Assembly: GCA_964503955.1 (NCBI GenBank)
Contig: CAZDCG010000001.1
Span: 382,864 to 446,863 of the forward strand
From: an uncultured Gammaproteobacteria bacterium
GTDB lineage: Bacteria > Patescibacteriota > Patescibacteriia > VMEV01 > CAYQCH01
Reading direction: 5' to 3'
Length of the DNA stretch: 64,000 nt
The position numbers and the translations under genes were made by a program. The notes below the pieces were generated by a model. The model was not told the DNA's origin. It saw nothing but the letters and a program-made list of their open reading frames with translations, and made no database searches. Each line of letters begins with the position of its first letter. Position 1 is the first letter of the stretch. Shown here piece by piece: positions 61,221 through 64,000 of the stretch.

Positions 61221-61424
61221 TGGTACAATATCCATGAGATCATCCGTGTCCTGAACAGCGTATCAACGTTGTTCATCCACGCATGATGTCTACAAAGACA
61301 AGAGCGGCTCGTCGATGCCTCTCTCTAACGTGTTAAAGCACTTCCGTTTCATGGAAGACGCTTTGAATTGATTCTTAATCTCAGAAACGGCAGATGCCTG
61401 TTCAGGCACCCGTTCAACACAGAC

Positions 61425-63335
61425 ATGATTGCACAACAAAATCGCCGAACCGGCGGATCGTCTCGTGGTGCCAGCAAACAACGGCAAGGCTCCACCCGGC
61501 GCGCCGGCCATGGCCGATCAAATCACAAATCACAAACGAAACGCGGCGACCGCAAGCGTCCCCGCATCCCAGGCGCACCCGATCTCTCTGACTTCACAAG
61601 CCAGATGCAGTTCACGTCAACCGGACAAAAAGCCGTTCGCGTACCCGACGGAACGATTTTTGACGACGGAAAGCTCCGCGTCTACTGCCTTGGAGGACTT
61701 CAGGAAGTCGGCCGAAACTGCACGATCATTGAATATAAAAACGATATTATCGTTATCGACATGGGATTGCAGTTCCCGGAAGAAAATATGCCCGGGATCG
61801 ACTATATTATCCCGAATTTCTCTTCCTTTCGAGGAAAAGAAAAGAATGTCCGCGGCGTGATTATCACACATGGACATTTCGACCATATCGGAGGCATTCC
61901 TCATATCCTCCCTCAGCTTGGGAACCCGCCGATTTTCATGGCCCCGCTCACGGCCGGCATTGTCAAAGCGCGCTATGAAGAATTCCCGCAGAATCCGCCA
62001 TTGAAAGTGAATCTGATTGATTCCAAAGTAAAGTATAAGCTTGGCAAAGCATTCGAAGTGGAATTCATCCGCATGAATCACAGCATCCCCGATTCATTTG
62101 CCATTGTCGTGCATACGCCGGTTGGAACGCTTATGCATACGGGCGATTTCAAAATCGACCGCAATAATCCGTTCGATCAACCGGCCGATGTCGACAAAAT
62201 GAAAGCGCTTGCCAAGAAAGGACTTAAGATCCTCATGGCAGACAGCACCAATGCCGAACAACCGGGACGGCAGAAATCGGAAAGCGACGTGCTTCGTGAA
62301 ATGGAAACGATTTTCCAGACTTCACCCGGGCGCATCATGATCGGAACATTCTCCTCCATGATTTCGCGCGTGCAAATGATTTTGCAGCTGGCGGAGAAAT
62401 ACAACCGCAAGGTGGTAATCGAAGGGCGCAGCATGCATACCAATGTGGAAGTGGCCCAGCAGCTTGGGTACCTTAAATTCAAGCCGGCAACGCTCATTGA
62501 ACCCGAAGACGCGAACCGCCTCCCGGACAACCGCGTCGTGGTGGTCGGCACCGGAGCGCAGGGTCAAAAATCCGCATTTCTGATGAAGCTCGCCATGGAT
62601 GAACATAGAAAATTCCGATTGAAAGCCGGTGATACGGTGATTTTCTCTTCATCCGTTATTCCAGGAAATGAACGAACCATTCAGGGATTGAAAGATACGC
62701 TTTGGCGCAAAGGCGCGCGCGTTCTGCATAAATCAGAATTGCTCGACGTGCATGCCGGCGGCCATTGCAAACAGGAAGACCTCAAGGAATTCTACGAAGT
62801 GATGAAGCCGGAATACTATATTCCTATCGAGGCGTATCATTACATGCTGCGTATTCACCAGCAGTTGATTATCGAAGAAATGGGACATGATCCGAAGAAA
62901 GCCTTGGTGGCTGATAATGGCCAGATCATGGAATTCACCAAGACAACCGGCAAACTTACGAATAATTACGTCAATGCCGAATACGTTTTTGTCGACGGCA
63001 TGGGCGTGGGCGATGTCAGCCATGTTGTCTTGCGGGACCGCATGCATTTGGCAAGCGATGGAATGGTGATCGTTGTCGCGCAGGTTGATAATAAAACCGG
63101 CCGTCTCATTGACCACCCCGATATCATCTCCCGCGGTTTTGTCTATATGAAAGAGAACCGCGAATTGATTCAGCAGGCGCGCCACCGGATCTCAAAAGTC
63201 CTTGAAGACAAAGATCCTCGCTCAGGTCCTGATCCTTCTTACCTGCGCGATAAGATTCATGACGGACTGGCACAATTCCTCTGGGCCAAAACCCGCCGTC
63301 ATCCGATGATCCTTCCTATCATCATCGAAGTCTAA
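61425..63335 (+). CDS. rnj: Ribonuclease J (beta-CASP metallo-beta-lactamase family) with a basic N-terminal extension
   Basis: HxHxDH motif VIITHGHFDHIGG plus beta-CASP and C-terminal domains. An Arg/Lys-rich N-terminal extension of about 60 aa precedes them. Confidence 0.85.
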   Translation: MIAQQNRRTGGSSRGASKQRQGSTRRAGHGRSNHKSQTKRGDRKRPRIPGAPDLSDFTSQMQFTSTGQKAVRVPDGTIFDDGKLRVYCLGGLQEVGRNCTIIEYKNDIIVIDMGLQFPEENMPGIDYIIPNFSSFRGKEKNVRGVIITHGHFDHIGGIPHILPQLGNPPIFMAPLTAGIVKARYEEFPQNPPLKVNLIDSKVKYKLGKAFEVEFIRMNHSIPDSFAIVVHTPVGTLMHTGDFKIDRNNPFDQPADVDKMKALAKKGLKILMADSTNAEQPGRQKSESDVLREMETIFQTSPGRIMIGTFSSMISRVQMILQLAEKYNRKVVIEGRSMHTNVEVAQQLGYLKFKPATLIEPEDANRLPDNRVVVVGTGAQGQKSAFLMKLAMDEHRKFRLKAGDTVIFSSSVIPGNERTIQGLKDTLWRKGARVLHKSELLDVHAGGHCKQEDLKEFYEVMKPEYYIPIEAYHYMLRIHQQLIIEEMGHDPKKALVADNGQIMEFTKTTGKLTNNYVNAEYVFVDGMGVGDVSHVVLRDRMHLASDGMVIVVAQVDNKTGRLIDHPDIISRGFVYMKENRELIQQARHRISKVLEDKDPRSGPDPSYLRDKIHDGLAQFLWAKTRRHPMILPIIIEV

Positions 63336-63776
63336 AAAAACATGCCCCGCATCAAGGGGCTGTTTTTTTATCCCTAATTCCTAATTCCCAATTCCTGATT
63401 CCTCCTTGCCCCCCACTAGCCATGCTTGAGAGGGGGTTCTTGATCAAGAACCCCTCCAACCAGATACCTGATTTTAGAAAGTTTATCACCCCTGAAAAGA
63501 GGTGAAGTCACTCTTCTTCCCCCTTGAAACCTGCCTGCCCTCCTCCGGCGGGTAAACCGGCAGGCAGGAGGGAACTGCATAAAATACCAAGCGAAAGGAA
63601 GCCTGGAGAGGGGATTCTTTCCAAAAGACCCGCGAAGCGGTACCGCGATCTATGTCTATTTTCTAGGTCTAGATCTGTATCTATACCAGCAAAAGCGATA
63701 AAAACGGCGTTAGATATAGACGTAGAAGTTAGAAAAATGAGAAAGAGCGACCATTCCCGCCGAATTTCTTTAAGCA

Positions 63777-64000
63777 TGCTAAACTACAGATACATCATTT
63801 CGCTTTTGCCTATGTTCAAACGCAAACCAAAACTTCGCTCTCTTTGGCCCGCTTTCGCGTTTACAGCCATTGTCCTGCTTGGAATCGTACTGAGGGTGCA
63901 GGGCATTGAAGGACGCGACTTCTGGTATGACGAAACCTTCACGGGCGTAACGCTCAACCAGTCCTGGTCTGAAATGCATGCGGTGATTATCGCCGATGTG
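63777..64000 (+). CDS. Membrane glycosyltransferase (GT39/ArnT-PMT-like), 3'-truncated at the window edge
   Basis: MLNYRYIISLLPMFKRKPKLRSLWPAFAFTAIVLLGIVLRVQGIEGRDFWYDETFTG: a TM helix followed by a DE-type motif typical of the GT-C family. Confidence 0.45.

Overview
This is a 64-kb bacterial chromosomal segment with a background GC content near 50%. It is gene-dense and carries repeat-rich intergenic spacers. I cannot assign the taxon from sequence alone. Several features resemble what has been reported for small-genome Patescibacteria/CPR-like lineages, but this is only an impression: many signal-peptide proteins, the Trp-repeat surface protein at 30949-32931, and the abundance of palindromic repeats.

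Housekeeping backbone:
- folD (5'-truncated at the window edge)
- ychF
- a THUMP-domain RNA methyltransferase
- rpsF-ssb-rpsR
- efp
- recA
- rodZ-like and ftsK
- rpoB-rpoC
- ruvA
- pepA (M17 aminopeptidase)
- ileS
- groES-groEL with a textbook CIRCE operator
- uvrA
- secG
- an Opp-type solute-binding protein
- RNase J
- two Nudix hydrolases
- a DsbA-like oxidoreductase

Accessory content worth attention:
1. A cell-surface locus at 25-34 kb. Its centre is four paralogous small secreted proteins, each built as Sec signal peptide, (Gly-Pro-Gln)n collagen-like run and Cys-rich head. They sit beside a 660-aa secreted protein with Trp-repeats, an FN3-like region and a PKD domain, and three paralogous membrane-anchored proteins. 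This is the strongest candidate for an undescribed system.
2. An AT-rich type II restriction-modification island inserted at the 3' end of recA, leaving a diverged duplicate of the recA 3' terminus.
3. A high-GC (~60-65%) four-gene island at 40.6-45.95 kb, with its own sigma70-like promoter, encoding lipoproteins.
4. At least four families of dispersed palindromic intergenic repeats. One forms a tandem array of ~130-bp units with a DUF559 (Vsr-like endonuclease) gene embedded in it.

No rRNA, tRNA or CRISPR array could be supported.
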